Shown here: piece by piece, positions 32,155 to 42,481 of the stretch
Layout: each line of letters starts with the position of its first letter
Position numbering within the stretch: position 1 is the stretch's first letter
Origin: Clostridiaceae bacterium
GTDB taxonomy: Bacteria; Bacillota; Clostridia; Saccharofermentanales; DTU023
Direction: 5' to 3'
DNA length: 64,000 bases
Assembly (NCBI GenBank): GCA_012521015.1
Contig: JAAYNE010000093.1
Span: 1,420-65,419, forward strand
Notes under the pieces: generated by a model
Database searches by the model: none
What the model was told of the DNA's origin: nothing
Seen by the model: the letters and a program-made list of their open reading frames with translations, nothing else
Program-made: the position numbers and the translations under genes

Positions 32155-33018
32155 TCAGCGTAGTTTTTCAATCAAAGGTAATATAAGTTTGTGTAATGCA
32201 GGATTTGCCCCGAGAATCGAACTAGATTTAAAAATATCAATTGGTTGGTTGTGAAAATCAGTTACGATACCACCTGCCTCTTCAACGATCAGAATTCCTG
32301 CAGCAAAGTCCCATGGTCTGAGCTTTGATTCAAAAAAGATGTGATGTCGATTTGCAGCTAAATAAGCCAAATCCAAAGCTGCTGCACCAAAACGTCGCAC
32401 ATCTTCTGTGTTTTCAAAAACATCGTACAGAACCTGAAATATAGCTTTGTGGTTAATTTTTGTGCCACGATCATAGGGACTTGAACCAAAAGCAACTATT
32501 GCATGTTTTAAACTGGAAAGATCATTAATGATTAAATTTGTTTTCTGTAAATTCTGAAAATTTTCAGCTGTAATTATTTGTTGTTTTGCATATCTGATTA
32601 GATAAGATCCTTCATTTCTGCTAGCTTCGTATAATTCGTCTAAAAAGGGATTGTAGATTAGGGCAAAATCCAATTCATCGCCATTCCAAAAAGCCAAGGA
32701 TGTACATGAATGATGCATATCTAAAATTAAATTCTTGGTTCCGTCAACCGGATCCAGGATCCAGCAAGGATTAGCTTGATCAAATTTGTGTTGCTTATCT
32801 TCTTCACCTAAAAATTGATGATGAGGAAAAAGATCTAAGATCTGCTTTTCAATGTATTTTTGAACATCATAATCAATTTTTGTTACATAATCTGCAAAAC
32901 CCTTTTGTTCGATTACCTTTATGTGTTCAGGAGATTTTGCTATAGACATTATAATATCCGAAGACTGTAAAACGGTTCGTATTACTTCAAATTTTTCCTT
33001 ATTTGTTAATTTATACAT
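32155..33018 (-). CDS. suhB: Inositol monophosphatase family protein
   Basis: FLGEE, WILDPVDGT, GAAALDL, WDFAAG; start set at ATG 33018 behind GAGGTG. Confidence 0.9.
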   Translation of the reverse strand: MYKLTNKEKFEVIRTVLQSSDIIMSIAKSPEHIKVIEQKGFADYVTKIDYDVQKYIEKQILDLFPHHQFLGEEDKQHKFDQANPCWILDPVDGTKNLILDMHHSCTSLAFWNGDELDFALIYNPFLDELYEASRNEGSYLIRYAKQQIITAENFQNLQKTNLIINDLSSLKHAIVAFGSSPYDRGTKINHKAIFQVLYDVFENTEDVRRFGAAALDLAYLAANRHHIFFESKLRPWDFAAGILIVEEAGGIVTDFHNQPIDIFKSSSILGANPALHKLILPLIEKLR

Positions 33019-33346
33019 TTTCACCTCATACTTTTATTTAACAACTTTATATTATTATACATTTTATACATTACTATTTGTTAAAAATGATGCTTTTTCA
33101 TAAATACAATATGATCTTTAAGAAAATAGATTATTCAGAATTACTGCTAGCGACCGAAGTGTACTTTGTAGACGACGGAAAATCACATAAAATTTTTAAG
33201 AACCAATTTCAAGATAACTTTCATTAAATTGGTCTAAACTCTACAATTGAATTAGTATAGTTTTTGACAAACAGCTTCATCTAAAACGAATATTCAATTA
33301 TAATTAAATAGTATCTTGTTGAATATCAATCAGGAGGCATCATATT

Positions 33347-34813
33347 ATGTTAGAGAGTGTTTATGCGAAAGAATTCAATAGTCCTTTCTCGAATCAAAGC
33401 AGATCTGCTTTAGGAGAAAAATTGGCGGAATTACAAAGAGAATGTAATGATGAAGATATATCTGTGATTATTATGGTTGATGGTTGGGAGTCTTCCGGTA
33501 AAGGATTGGTCATCAATAATTTGGCTAGAGAATTCGATGCTAAATCTTCAAGAGTAGCTGTATTCGAAGATTATAGCAAAGAAGATGATTATATTTATAC
33601 ATATCAATTTTGGAAGCACAAACCCGCAATGGGCGATTTCGGTATTTTTGATCGTAGTATGTACTATCATCTATTTAACCGATTAGATTTGTCGGAAGAA
33701 GATCAACAAAAATGGATTCGCCACATCAAGAATTTAGAACAGACTTTATATGATGATGAAATTATTTTAATTAAGTTTTTCTTACATCAAACTAAAGAAC
33801 AACAAAAAAAGATTATTGATACTCATCAACAAGATCCATATAGAAATATTTTAGTAACTAAAAAAGATATAGAACAAAATGAAAAATATGAAGAGTATTT
33901 TAAGCATTTCGATACTGTGCTGAAGCTGACAAATTTTGAAATTGCACCATGGCAAATAGTTCCTTCAGCGAATCGTAAATTGGCTTCTAAACATGTTATG
34001 GGAACCTCTATAGAGATTATTAAAGAGGAAATTAAACGGATATATAAAACGCGTGAAGAAGAGAAAAAGTATAAACATCAACCTATTAAAATAGAAAATT
34101 CGATCAAAGATTTTGATTTGTCCTCGTCTTTAAGTGGCGAAGATTATAAAAAAGTTATTGGTGATTTACAAGATCATGCAGGAGCTTTGGCTTTTGCTTT
34201 AGCTAGAGAAAATATTCCAACAGTTATGGTATTTGAAGGCATGGATGCTGCCGGAAAAGGTGGTGCGATTAGACGTTTGATTCACCGAATGGATGCCAGG
34301 CTGTATGATATTAACCCGACATCTGCTCCTTCAGATTTGGAAAAAGAACATCATTATCTTTGGAGATTCTATAATAACTTCCCGCGAGATGGGCATATCG
34401 CTATTTTTGATCGTTCCTGGTATGGCAGAGTTATGGTTGAGCGTATAGAAGGATTTGCCACTGAAGCAGAATGGTCAAGAGCCTATACTGAAATTCGCAA
34501 TATGGAAGAAGAATTATTAGATGACGGGATGCTGTTAATGAAATTCTTTTTGTTAATCTCAAAGGATGAGCAAGAAAGACGCTTTAAAGCAAGACAGATA
34601 AATAAACCTTATAAGATAACCGAAGAGGACTGGCGTAATCGAGAAAAATGGGATGTTTATGTTGAGGCAATTGATGAAATGATTGCACAAACAAGTACGG
34701 AAGCCGCTCCTTGGACAATTGTTTCCAGTGAAGACAAAAAACATGCTAGAGTACAAGTTCTCGAAACCTTCATTCGCGAAGCAGAAAGAATCTTAGAAAA
34801 AAACAAAGATTAA
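33347..34813 (+). CDS. pap: Polyphosphate:AMP phosphotransferase (double-domain PPK2)
   Basis: Two PPK2 domains: DGWESSGKG/FDRS and EGMDAAGKGG/FDRSWYGRV. Confidence 0.9.
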   Translation: MLESVYAKEFNSPFSNQSRSALGEKLAELQRECNDEDISVIIMVDGWESSGKGLVINNLAREFDAKSSRVAVFEDYSKEDDYIYTYQFWKHKPAMGDFGIFDRSMYYHLFNRLDLSEEDQQKWIRHIKNLEQTLYDDEIILIKFFLHQTKEQQKKIIDTHQQDPYRNILVTKKDIEQNEKYEEYFKHFDTVLKLTNFEIAPWQIVPSANRKLASKHVMGTSIEIIKEEIKRIYKTREEEKKYKHQPIKIENSIKDFDLSSSLSGEDYKKVIGDLQDHAGALAFALARENIPTVMVFEGMDAAGKGGAIRRLIHRMDARLYDINPTSAPSDLEKEHHYLWRFYNNFPRDGHIAIFDRSWYGRVMVERIEGFATEAEWSRAYTEIRNMEEELLDDGMLLMKFFLLISKDEQERRFKARQINKPYKITEEDWRNREKWDVYVEAIDEMIAQTSTEAAPWTIVSSEDKKHARVQVLETFIREAERILEKNKD

Positions 34814-34843
34814 AAGATTAATTCAAAAAAATGAGAGTTACAC

Positions 34844-34885
34844 AAAAAGATGATAGTTGCATAATAATACAATTATCATCTTTTT
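34844..34885. terminator. Bidirectional terminator
   Basis: AAAAAGATGATAGTTG...CAATTATCATCTTTTT. Confidence 0.7.
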
Positions 34886-34949
34886 AGATTTGTCTTAAGC
34901 AGTAGAACAGGGCTAATTGGTGATAGGGTAATTCAAAATTTAGATTGTA

Positions 34950-35132
34950 TTAATCTGGCTTTCCATATGTAAAACTTACCTCCGGATCTATACCAGAGTA
35001 ATAATTTGAAGTAACGTTCGTTTGTTCTAGTTCTATATTTAGAGTAGAGTTTTTAGCTAACGGATTTCCGCATTTTTTACAAAAATTCACATCTTTTTCA
35101 CCAATGTCAAAACCACACTTCGGGCAAAACAT
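34950..35132 (-). CDS. Small zinc-ribbon protein, probably truncated
   Basis: MFCPKCG..NFCKKCG; GGAGGTG RBS. Confidence 0.6.
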   Translation of the reverse strand: MFCPKCGFDIGEKDVNFCKKCGNPLAKNSTLNIELEQTNVTSNYYSGIDPEVSFTYGKPD

Positions 35133-35182
35133 ATATTACACCTCCAAAAAGGTTAAGATAATAATATTATTTATTTCTGTAC

Positions 35183-36007
35183 TTAAATTTTGCTTAGTAA
35201 TTCCTCTACCGGATAAAGAGAAAGAATACACTGATGGGGGCAGACCTGTTGACAGGCTCCGCAATTGGTGCATTTTTCATAGTCAATGACGGCGCGATTA
35301 TTGTTGATCGTAATGCAATTTTCCGGGCAAGCATTTAGACAACGTCTGCAAGCGATACAAGATACTTGGCAAACTTTATTGGCAACTGGTCCTCGGTCTT
35401 CATTTTGGCAGAAAACAATGGAGTAGGCTCTTTCCAAAGGCATCAACTGAATAATATTACGTGGACATATTTTGATACATTCCATACAGGAAGTACATTT
35501 GGTAGGATCAACAAAAGCGACTCCATCAATTATATGAAGAGCATCAAATTTACAGGCTGAAACGCAATCGCCATAACCAAGACAACCATAGCCACATAGG
35601 GCATCACCGCCGGCTACCAACGTGGCCATTTGACAAGATTTAGGCCCTGTATAATTAGCTCTTTTTTGCGTATGATGAGAATTTCCCTGACACATAACCA
35701 CTGCGGTTGTTTTGATTATCTTGTCGGCTTTAATGCCTAAATAAGCAGAAATTTGATCGACGGTATGTTGTCCGCCCGGTTTGCATAAGGTTATATTTTT
35801 TTCATCGCCGCTTGCTAAAGCTTGAGCATAGCCGTCACATCCTGTATAACCGCAAGCACCACAATTGGCACTTGGCAGCATAGCTCTGATCTTTTCTTCT
35901 TTTTCTTCAACTTCAACTGTCATCAATTTGGAAAAGACAGCTAAGATTATGCCTAAAATAATTCCTGCAACACCGATAATTAAACTTGCAAACAATATGT
36001 CCGTCAT
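35183..36007 (-). CDS. rnfB: Rnf electron transport complex subunit B
   Basis: LPSANCGACGYTGC, CKPGG, polyferredoxin motifs. Confidence 0.95.
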   Translation of the reverse strand: MTDILFASLIIGVAGIILGIILAVFSKLMTVEVEEKEEKIRAMLPSANCGACGYTGCDGYAQALASGDEKNITLCKPGGQHTVDQISAYLGIKADKIIKTTAVVMCQGNSHHTQKRANYTGPKSCQMATLVAGGDALCGYGCLGYGDCVSACKFDALHIIDGVAFVDPTKCTSCMECIKICPRNIIQLMPLERAYSIVFCQNEDRGPVANKVCQVSCIACRRCLNACPENCITINNNRAVIDYEKCTNCGACQQVCPHQCILSLYPVEELLSKI

Positions 36008-36016
36008 GAGACCCTC

Positions 36017-36610
36017 CTACGCAAATAAATTCTCTGCGATCCCGACAAAACCTTGAAAAGCGAGGGCAGCAATACCGGCAGCGATTAAGGTGATCGGTAA
36101 ACCGGATAAAAATTCCGGAATATCTGATTGATCAATACGAGAACGAATTCCTGAAAACATGAACATAGCAAGCAGAAATCCCAAACCGCCGCCTATGGAA
36201 TTGACCATAGATTCGATAAAGTTGTATTCGGATTGTACGTTTAATAAAACAACACCCAATACGATACAATTTGTTGTAATCAGCGGTAAATATATGCCAA
36301 GTGCATTATATAAAGGAACCATATAACGTTTCATAAAAGTTTCGACTAATTGAACCAGAGCAGCAATAATTAAAATGAAAACTAAAGTTTGCAAATATTC
36401 TAAATTATAAGCTTCGAGAATCAAATGATTGATTGGCCAAGTAACAGCGGTCGCCAGCACCATGACGAAAATAACAGCGATGCTCATACCCATGGCTGTT
36501 TTTAAGTTTTTCGAAACTCCCAAAAAAGGACAAATGCCTAAAAATTGCACGAATACATAATTTTCAACAAGAATGGCAACAAATAATATGTATAATAAAT
36601 TTGTGTTCAT
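36017..36610 (-). CDS. rnfA: Rnf subunit A
   Basis: FLGICPFLGVS, LGIYLPLITTNC. Confidence 0.95.
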   Translation of the reverse strand: MNTNLLYILFVAILVENYVFVQFLGICPFLGVSKNLKTAMGMSIAVIFVMVLATAVTWPINHLILEAYNLEYLQTLVFILIIAALVQLVETFMKRYMVPLYNALGIYLPLITTNCIVLGVVLLNVQSEYNFIESMVNSIGGGLGFLLAMFMFSGIRSRIDQSDIPEFLSGLPITLIAAGIAALAFQGFVGIAENLFA

Positions 36611-37401
36611 TGATTTGTCTCCTTTTCAGTATTTGGTTTAGCATACTTGTCAATTTCAATATCAACTTTATCCAGTTTTTCAAATTTTGCATCAGCTTTT
36701 TTATTTTCGGATTTAATATCAACTTCCCCAGCTTTTTGCAATCGGATTAAATTTTCTCCACAAAGACCTGCAACAGGACAAGTATGACAATTCAATTGCG
36801 CTTTCGGTTTGCCTTGTAAAGTGGCCAGTTTGTTCCAAATAGCCATTAGAAAACCAAGTACAAGAAAACCACCGGTAGGTAATGTAAAAATTAATATTGT
36901 GTATTCTTCCGGAATGATTTGAAAGCCGAATAATGAACCGAAACCAAATAGTTCACGAATAAAAGCAATTGAGAGTAAGGCGATAGTATAGCCGATCCCC
37001 ATACCTAAACCATCTAGTGCTGCATAACCGATTGAATTTTTCGCAGCAAATGCTTCAGCACGCCCTAAAATAATACAATTGACAACAATCAGGGGTAAAT
37101 AAACGCCGAGCATATCATTGATTTCTAATAAATAAGCCTTCAATAATAATTGAACGATAGTAACAAATCCTGCTATAACTGTAATAAACGCAGGAATTCT
37201 GACCATGTCCGGAATAATTTTTCGCAAGGAAGAAATAACAACATTTGATAAAACTAAGACAAAAATAACGGACATTCCCATACCTAATGAAGCGATCATT
37301 GTACTGGAAACAGCAAGAGAAGAACACATGCCAAGAACTAAACGAAAGATCGGATTTTCTTTAATAAATCCTTGAAAAAACACTTCTTTTGATTTATTCA
37401 T
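36607..37401 (-). CDS. rnfE: Rnf subunit E
   Basis: ENP.F.LVLGMC, PLIVVNCIILGRAEAFA. Confidence 0.95.
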   Translation of the reverse strand: MNKSKEVFFQGFIKENPIFRLVLGMCSSLAVSSTMIASLGMGMSVIFVLVLSNVVISSLRKIIPDMVRIPAFITVIAGFVTIVQLLLKAYLLEINDMLGVYLPLIVVNCIILGRAEAFAAKNSIGYAALDGLGMGIGYTIALLSIAFIRELFGFGSLFGFQIIPEEYTILIFTLPTGGFLVLGFLMAIWNKLATLQGKPKAQLNCHTCPVAGLCGENLIRLQKAGEVDIKSENKKADAKFEKLDKVDIEIDKYAKPNTEKETNQ

Positions 37402-37975
37402 CGTTACCTCCGGAGATCAAGTCAAATTGTCCTAAGCTTTTTTGAACTGATTCAACGAAAGCATTTGAGCTACTGGTAGCTCCGGAAATTGCTTGAATTT
37501 CATTATCACTCGGATTAGTACCTGAAACAGCATGTAGTCCGATTGTTTTACCGATAAATTGATCTGTAAAAGCAGGATCTTCAATTTGTGTTCCGATACC
37601 CGGTGTTTCAGCCAGATCCAGAGCTTTAACACCGGTGATTTTTCCATCCGGATCAACACCGACATTGACGATAACGGAACCGCCATAGCCATGTGTTCCG
37701 TTCTTAAAAACATAACCGACGAGGTTACCGTTTTGATCGTAGGCTTCATTGTAATAGAAATGTTTATCTGCAATAAATTCTTTTTCAACGAAGTCTATAC
37801 CTTCAGGCATCACGAATTGTTTTGCTTCATTTTCCTGTGCCAATTCTTGTGCTTTAATCGGTTCTGCTGTAATATTATTAACCAAAGCCAACAGTAATGC
37901 CGTTATAAAACAGATTAGACCCAATATGATTGTAGGCTTAAGAATTTGCATTAGATTTGAATTTTTATTTTTCAT
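37394..37975 (-). CDS. rnfG: Rnf subunit G
   Basis: GYGG, ETPGIG, FMN site AISGATSSS. Confidence 0.93.
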   Translation of the reverse strand: MKNKNSNLMQILKPTIILGLICFITALLLALVNNITAEPIKAQELAQENEAKQFVMPEGIDFVEKEFIADKHFYYNEAYDQNGNLVGYVFKNGTHGYGGSVIVNVGVDPDGKITGVKALDLAETPGIGTQIEDPAFTDQFIGKTIGLHAVSGTNPSDNEIQAISGATSSSNAFVESVQKSLGQFDLISGGNDE

Positions 37976-38087
37976 ATCAACACCTGGTCCATTTTTCTTT
38001 GCGATTTTATCTGCATTCTTATTTTAATATCCATTGGATCATCCTGAACAGTTTTGCTTAAAAGATATACCTTTTCTTACGTGATTT

Positions 38088-39095
38088 TCATAAATCAGTT
38101 TGTTTGTTAAATTCTGTACCGAAAGGCTTTTCTTTAGTAAAGCGGTCAATATGAGGTGTCAATATATTCATCGTCAAAATTGCAAATGAGACACCTTCAG
38201 GTAAATTACTCCAAAAACGGATAATGGATGTTAATATACCTAAGCCGATTCCAAAAATAAATTTTCCTTTGTTGGTTAAAGGACTGGTAGTATAATCGGT
38301 TGCCATAAAAAAAGCGCTGAACAACAAGCCGCCACTGAATAAATGATAGAGCATGAATTGTATACTAAACCCACCGAAAAGGAAAGAAAGAACGGCTACC
38401 GTTCCTATATAAGAAATTGGAATATACCACTTAATAATTTTCCTGAATAATAAATATAAACCGCCAAGCAATATAGCTATAGCACACGTTTCACCAATAG
38501 CGGTTGTTCTCTGAATACCGAAAAACAAATCGCGCAATGTGCATAATTCATTCGAATCAGTACCGGCTTTTAGTAAAACCAAAACGGTTGCACTGGAAGA
38601 GGAGTCCATCACAGAATTGCTCAAATGCAATGCTCTTGCCAAAGGTTCTGAATTTTTGGCAAAAGACGAGGCAAATGCTGAAACGAGGACAATTCTTGTC
38701 GTAACTGCGGGATTGGCGAAATTTTGACCGAGACCGCCGAAAGCAGCTTTAACGACAACAATAGCAAATATAGTGCCGACTATTAATTGCCAAAAAGGAA
38801 AATCTAACGGTAAATTTAACACTAAGATTACAGCAGTTACGATGCAGGACAGATCCTGTATCGTTTGTTTTCTTTTCATCGCTTTTTGGATTAGAAATTC
38901 TGCTAATATAGCGGTGATAGAAGCAACAGCTACTGACAATAGAACGCGGCAGCCATAAATGAAAGCAGTAGCAATAACAATCGGTAATAATGCGATTAAT
39001 ACATTTCCCATTACACTGGTCGTTGTTCTATGACATCGGAGATGTGGGCTAGAAGCAATGATCAAATGATTTTGTTCTGGTGTTTTTGCAGACAT
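38088..39095 (-). CDS. rnfD: Rnf subunit D
   Basis: SSPHL, FGGLGQNFANPA, FMATDYTTSP, PEGVSFAIL; start set at ATG 39095 behind GAGGT. Confidence 0.93.
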   Translation of the reverse strand: MSAKTPEQNHLIIASSPHLRCHRTTTSVMGNVLIALLPIVIATAFIYGCRVLLSVAVASITAILAEFLIQKAMKRKQTIQDLSCIVTAVILVLNLPLDFPFWQLIVGTIFAIVVVKAAFGGLGQNFANPAVTTRIVLVSAFASSFAKNSEPLARALHLSNSVMDSSSSATVLVLLKAGTDSNELCTLRDLFFGIQRTTAIGETCAIAILLGGLYLLFRKIIKWYIPISYIGTVAVLSFLFGGFSIQFMLYHLFSGGLLFSAFFMATDYTTSPLTNKGKFIFGIGLGILTSIIRFWSNLPEGVSFAILTMNILTPHIDRFTKEKPFGTEFNKQTDL

Positions 39096-39121
39096 AAGAT
39101 TTCTTACCTCGAATAGATTTG

Positions 39122-40450
39122 TTATTTTTGTTTTTTCCCAAAACGCAAATATTGTACTAATGGAATTTTTGCCGGGCATATATAATCGCAACTGCCGCAT
39201 TCCATACAAGTCAATAAACCATCATTTTTGGCTTGCTCAATTTGATTTTTTTTGATTGCTCTGACAAGACTTGTCGGTTGTAATTGCATTGGGCAAACAT
39301 CAATACATTTTGCACAACGTATACAGTTACTTTCATTTGCCAATTGGAACTCATTTCTTAACATGGCAAGAATTGCATTATTTTGTTTAAGGACAGGATT
39401 CTCTAAACTGGAGAGTGCAATGCCCATCATCGGTCCTCCCATCATTACCAGATCCGGTTTATCCTTTAAACCTGCAAAAGCTAACAAATCTGAGATGAGA
39501 GAACCGATCGGAACATCCACATTCTGTGGATTTGACACGGCACTGCCAGCTACCGTAATAGATTTATTTACTAAAGGCATTCCTGTTCGCAAATATTTTC
39601 CAAGTTCGGCTAAAGAGGTTGTGTTCATAACGACGCAGCCTACATCTTTTGGCAACTTGCCACCAGGAACAATTCTGCCGGTGGTATTATAAATAACCAA
39701 TTTCTCCATGCCTTTCGGATAAACGGAATTCATGATAACGATTTTAATATCAGCATACTTTTGTGGTTCTTGATTTAGCTTTTTCAACAAGATATTAGCT
39801 GCTTCCATTTTATTATCTTCAATAGCAATAATGCCGTTCGGAATACCTAGCCATTTCATAATAGCGCGCATAGCATCCAAAATATCTTCATTGCAAAAAC
39901 GCATCTTATAATCGTCAACTGTAATATACGGTTCACATTCCGCACCATTGGCAATTAATATATCTACTTCATTGTCTTCAAGAGTTAATTTGACAGAAGT
40001 GGGAAAACCGGCTCCACCAAGACCGACTAAGCCACTTTTACGAACTTCCAGTAGAAAATCTTCTCGTGAATTAATCTGCGGTACAGTCAAATTTTCATAC
40101 GGGGTCATTTTCCCGTCTGATTCGATCTCAATGATCTGAGTTGTTGAACCGCTATGATTTATATCAGCAATTTGTATTGATTTTATGATACCGGAAATAG
40201 AAGCATGAATGGGACTGGAAACAAATGCTTCTGAATCGGCGATTAATTGACCGACTTTTACTTGATCACTAACTTTCACAGTCGGTTTACATTCAGCACC
40301 AATATGCATATTCAAGGGTATATATACTTTTTTCGGTGATAAAGCGGCTAATTTTTCAGAGAAATTAGTTGTTTTTTGATGATTTAATCTCACGCCACCC
40401 CGATTAATTTTGACGGGATCAGCCAACCCATTTGATAATTTTGTCTTCAT
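39122..40450 (-). CDS. rnfC: Rnf subunit C
   Basis: GLVGLGGAGFPT, NGAECEPY, MGGPMMG, two 4Fe-4S motifs. Confidence 0.95.
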   Translation of the reverse strand: MKTKLSNGLADPVKINRGGVRLNHQKTTNFSEKLAALSPKKVYIPLNMHIGAECKPTVKVSDQVKVGQLIADSEAFVSSPIHASISGIIKSIQIADINHSGSTTQIIEIESDGKMTPYENLTVPQINSREDFLLEVRKSGLVGLGGAGFPTSVKLTLEDNEVDILIANGAECEPYITVDDYKMRFCNEDILDAMRAIMKWLGIPNGIIAIEDNKMEAANILLKKLNQEPQKYADIKIVIMNSVYPKGMEKLVIYNTTGRIVPGGKLPKDVGCVVMNTTSLAELGKYLRTGMPLVNKSITVAGSAVSNPQNVDVPIGSLISDLLAFAGLKDKPDLVMMGGPMMGIALSSLENPVLKQNNAILAMLRNEFQLANESNCIRCAKCIDVCPMQLQPTSLVRAIKKNQIEQAKNDGLLTCMECGSCDYICPAKIPLVQYLRFGKKQK

Positions 40451-40750
40451 AAAATCTCTTTTCACATTTAAATAACTCTAGATTGTATAATCATATTAAT
40501 ATTAACAGATATCTTATAATTTTGTGCGAAAAATATTAAGATTATTTCTGTCCAATAGATTACCGACAACATAGACTTGCAAAATCTTAAAAATGAAATT
40601 GCTGTTATAGACGTCATCCACTAATTCAATGAAAAACCACTAACAATCTCAAAACTCGCAACTATAAATATAATCCAAGATTCGCTTTATCTTAACAAAA
40701 CATGCTTTCTCACGGATATCTATCCAGACAACGTGGAGTAGCTATACATT

Positions 40751-41890
40751 TTATATTTGGTCTAGATAGCTTTCAATTACTCGCAGTGCTGCTCCTCTAG
40801 AACTGGCATTCTCTCTTTTGATTTTAGAAAATCTGAAATACTTGTCTGAATCCAAAATATCAATTTGAGAAAGTTTTTTCTGAATAAGATCCTCGTAGGG
40901 AATCAAATATTCCGTTATTTCTCCTGCGACTACTACATCTAAACCTAGTATTAGCCTGATGTTGCTAATTCCAATACATAAAAAATCCAAATAATCTTCG
41001 AAAATTTTGCGATATTCTTTATTATTATTCAATTCTTCAAAAAAAGTCTCTAAAGAAATATTTAAATTATCAGAAAGAACCCTGGTACTAATGTATGTTT
41101 CTAGACACCCATTTCTACCACAATTACATGTGTTACCATGAGGTTCAACTATCATATGACCGAACTCTGCAATAATGTTATTGTTTCCCAAAAATGTTTT
41201 CCCGTCAATAATAATGGTACCTCCGACACCACCGGCAATATGAATATAAGCAAAACTGTTTTTAAAATTATCTTCCCAAGCCTCGCAAAAACCTCCTAGA
41301 TTTGCATCATTATCTACAATAAAAGGGAAATTACAATATTTACTAATTATGTCAAATGACCAATTCTTATAAGGTAATGAAGGAGCAAATTGTACGACAA
41401 TATTTTCATCATCATTTTTCAAGATGCCTGGTATAGAAAAACCGATTCCTTTAATTTTACATATATCTATTTTAGAACTAACAATGACTTCGTTAATATC
41501 ATTATTCATTTCTTCTCCATAATCTTCAGTTGCTTCGAAAGTTTTTATGTATTTGCGAGAAAAAATTTGTTCTCCAATTAAATTGATAATAGTTATAATA
41601 TAAAAAAGCCTTGTAATATAAACTCCAATACTATAAGCGTGAGAGCTATTACATATATAAGCAGCAGCCTTTCTCCCACCTGTTGATTGGAAAGTACCAT
41701 ATTGAATGATTGCCCCGATTTCTTCGAACTTCTTTAGATACTGATTGACCGTTGGAAAACTTAGATCTAAATTAATGGATAATTCTTGTTTAGAAACAGG
41801 ACCATTTTTGTACACATATTGGAACAACTTTTTCATATTGATTTCTTTTACGCTAATTGAAGAAATACTAGAGTCTATATCTAACCTCAT
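40751..41890 (-). CDS. ROK-family transcriptional repressor
   Basis: N-terminal HTH with GGRK, DNDAN, EFGHM..CNCGRNGCLETY. Confidence 0.92.
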   Translation of the reverse strand: MRLDIDSSISSISVKEINMKKLFQYVYKNGPVSKQELSINLDLSFPTVNQYLKKFEEIGAIIQYGTFQSTGGRKAAAYICNSSHAYSIGVYITRLFYIITIINLIGEQIFSRKYIKTFEATEDYGEEMNNDINEVIVSSKIDICKIKGIGFSIPGILKNDDENIVVQFAPSLPYKNWSFDIISKYCNFPFIVDNDANLGGFCEAWEDNFKNSFAYIHIAGGVGGTIIIDGKTFLGNNNIIAEFGHMIVEPHGNTCNCGRNGCLETYISTRVLSDNLNISLETFFEELNNNKEYRKIFEDYLDFLCIGISNIRLILGLDVVVAGEITEYLIPYEDLIQKKLSQIDILDSDKYFRFSKIKRENASSRGAALRVIESYLDQI

Positions 41891-42004
41891 CCCTACATTC
41901 TCCTGCTATTTTATTTGATAATTAGTTTATCGGATAAATATGGTTCTTTTGATTATATAGCAACTAGGAGCAAAATGAAAAATTTTTTGTTTTTGACGAA
42001 AAAA

Positions 42005-42055
42005 TACTAACCTCCTACGGATTGAATTTTGGTCTAACTTTCGGGGGTCAATACA
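42005..42055 (-). mobile_element. Isolated IS3/IS150-like left end
   Basis: Minus strand TGTATTGACCCCCGAAAGTTAGACC...GGAGGTT (TG-starting IR plus orfA-type RBS) with no transposase following. Confidence 0.55.
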
Positions 42056-42481
42056 TGAAAAATTTGGAGATGGTTTTCTTTATGTCAAAAACCTGTATTC
42101 AAGCATCCTTTCAACCTTTGTATCATTTATTTTACAGGAAGACAGGCCTGATATCTAGATCTCTGTTGTCTTGTTTTTTATGATTTCACTTTTATGTCAA
42201 GAAAATACAATGTACTAAATATCGATGGTGTTACAGCTAAAAATCGGGAACGTAGTTAGATTTGATGCTTACCATCTAGATAAAAATAAAGATAATAAGG
42301 TTCTATTTTCGAAAAAATAAGTTGTATGGTTTTTTTGAAAATATTCTAAAAAACAGAGCAAAAAAAAGACAAATAACACAAAGTTAACAAGAGATGTATG
42401 GGAACAATTGATGCAAATCAGAATGATATGATAAATTGTCTGCAAAGTTGTAATTTGTAATACTTTATTTGAGGGAATTCT

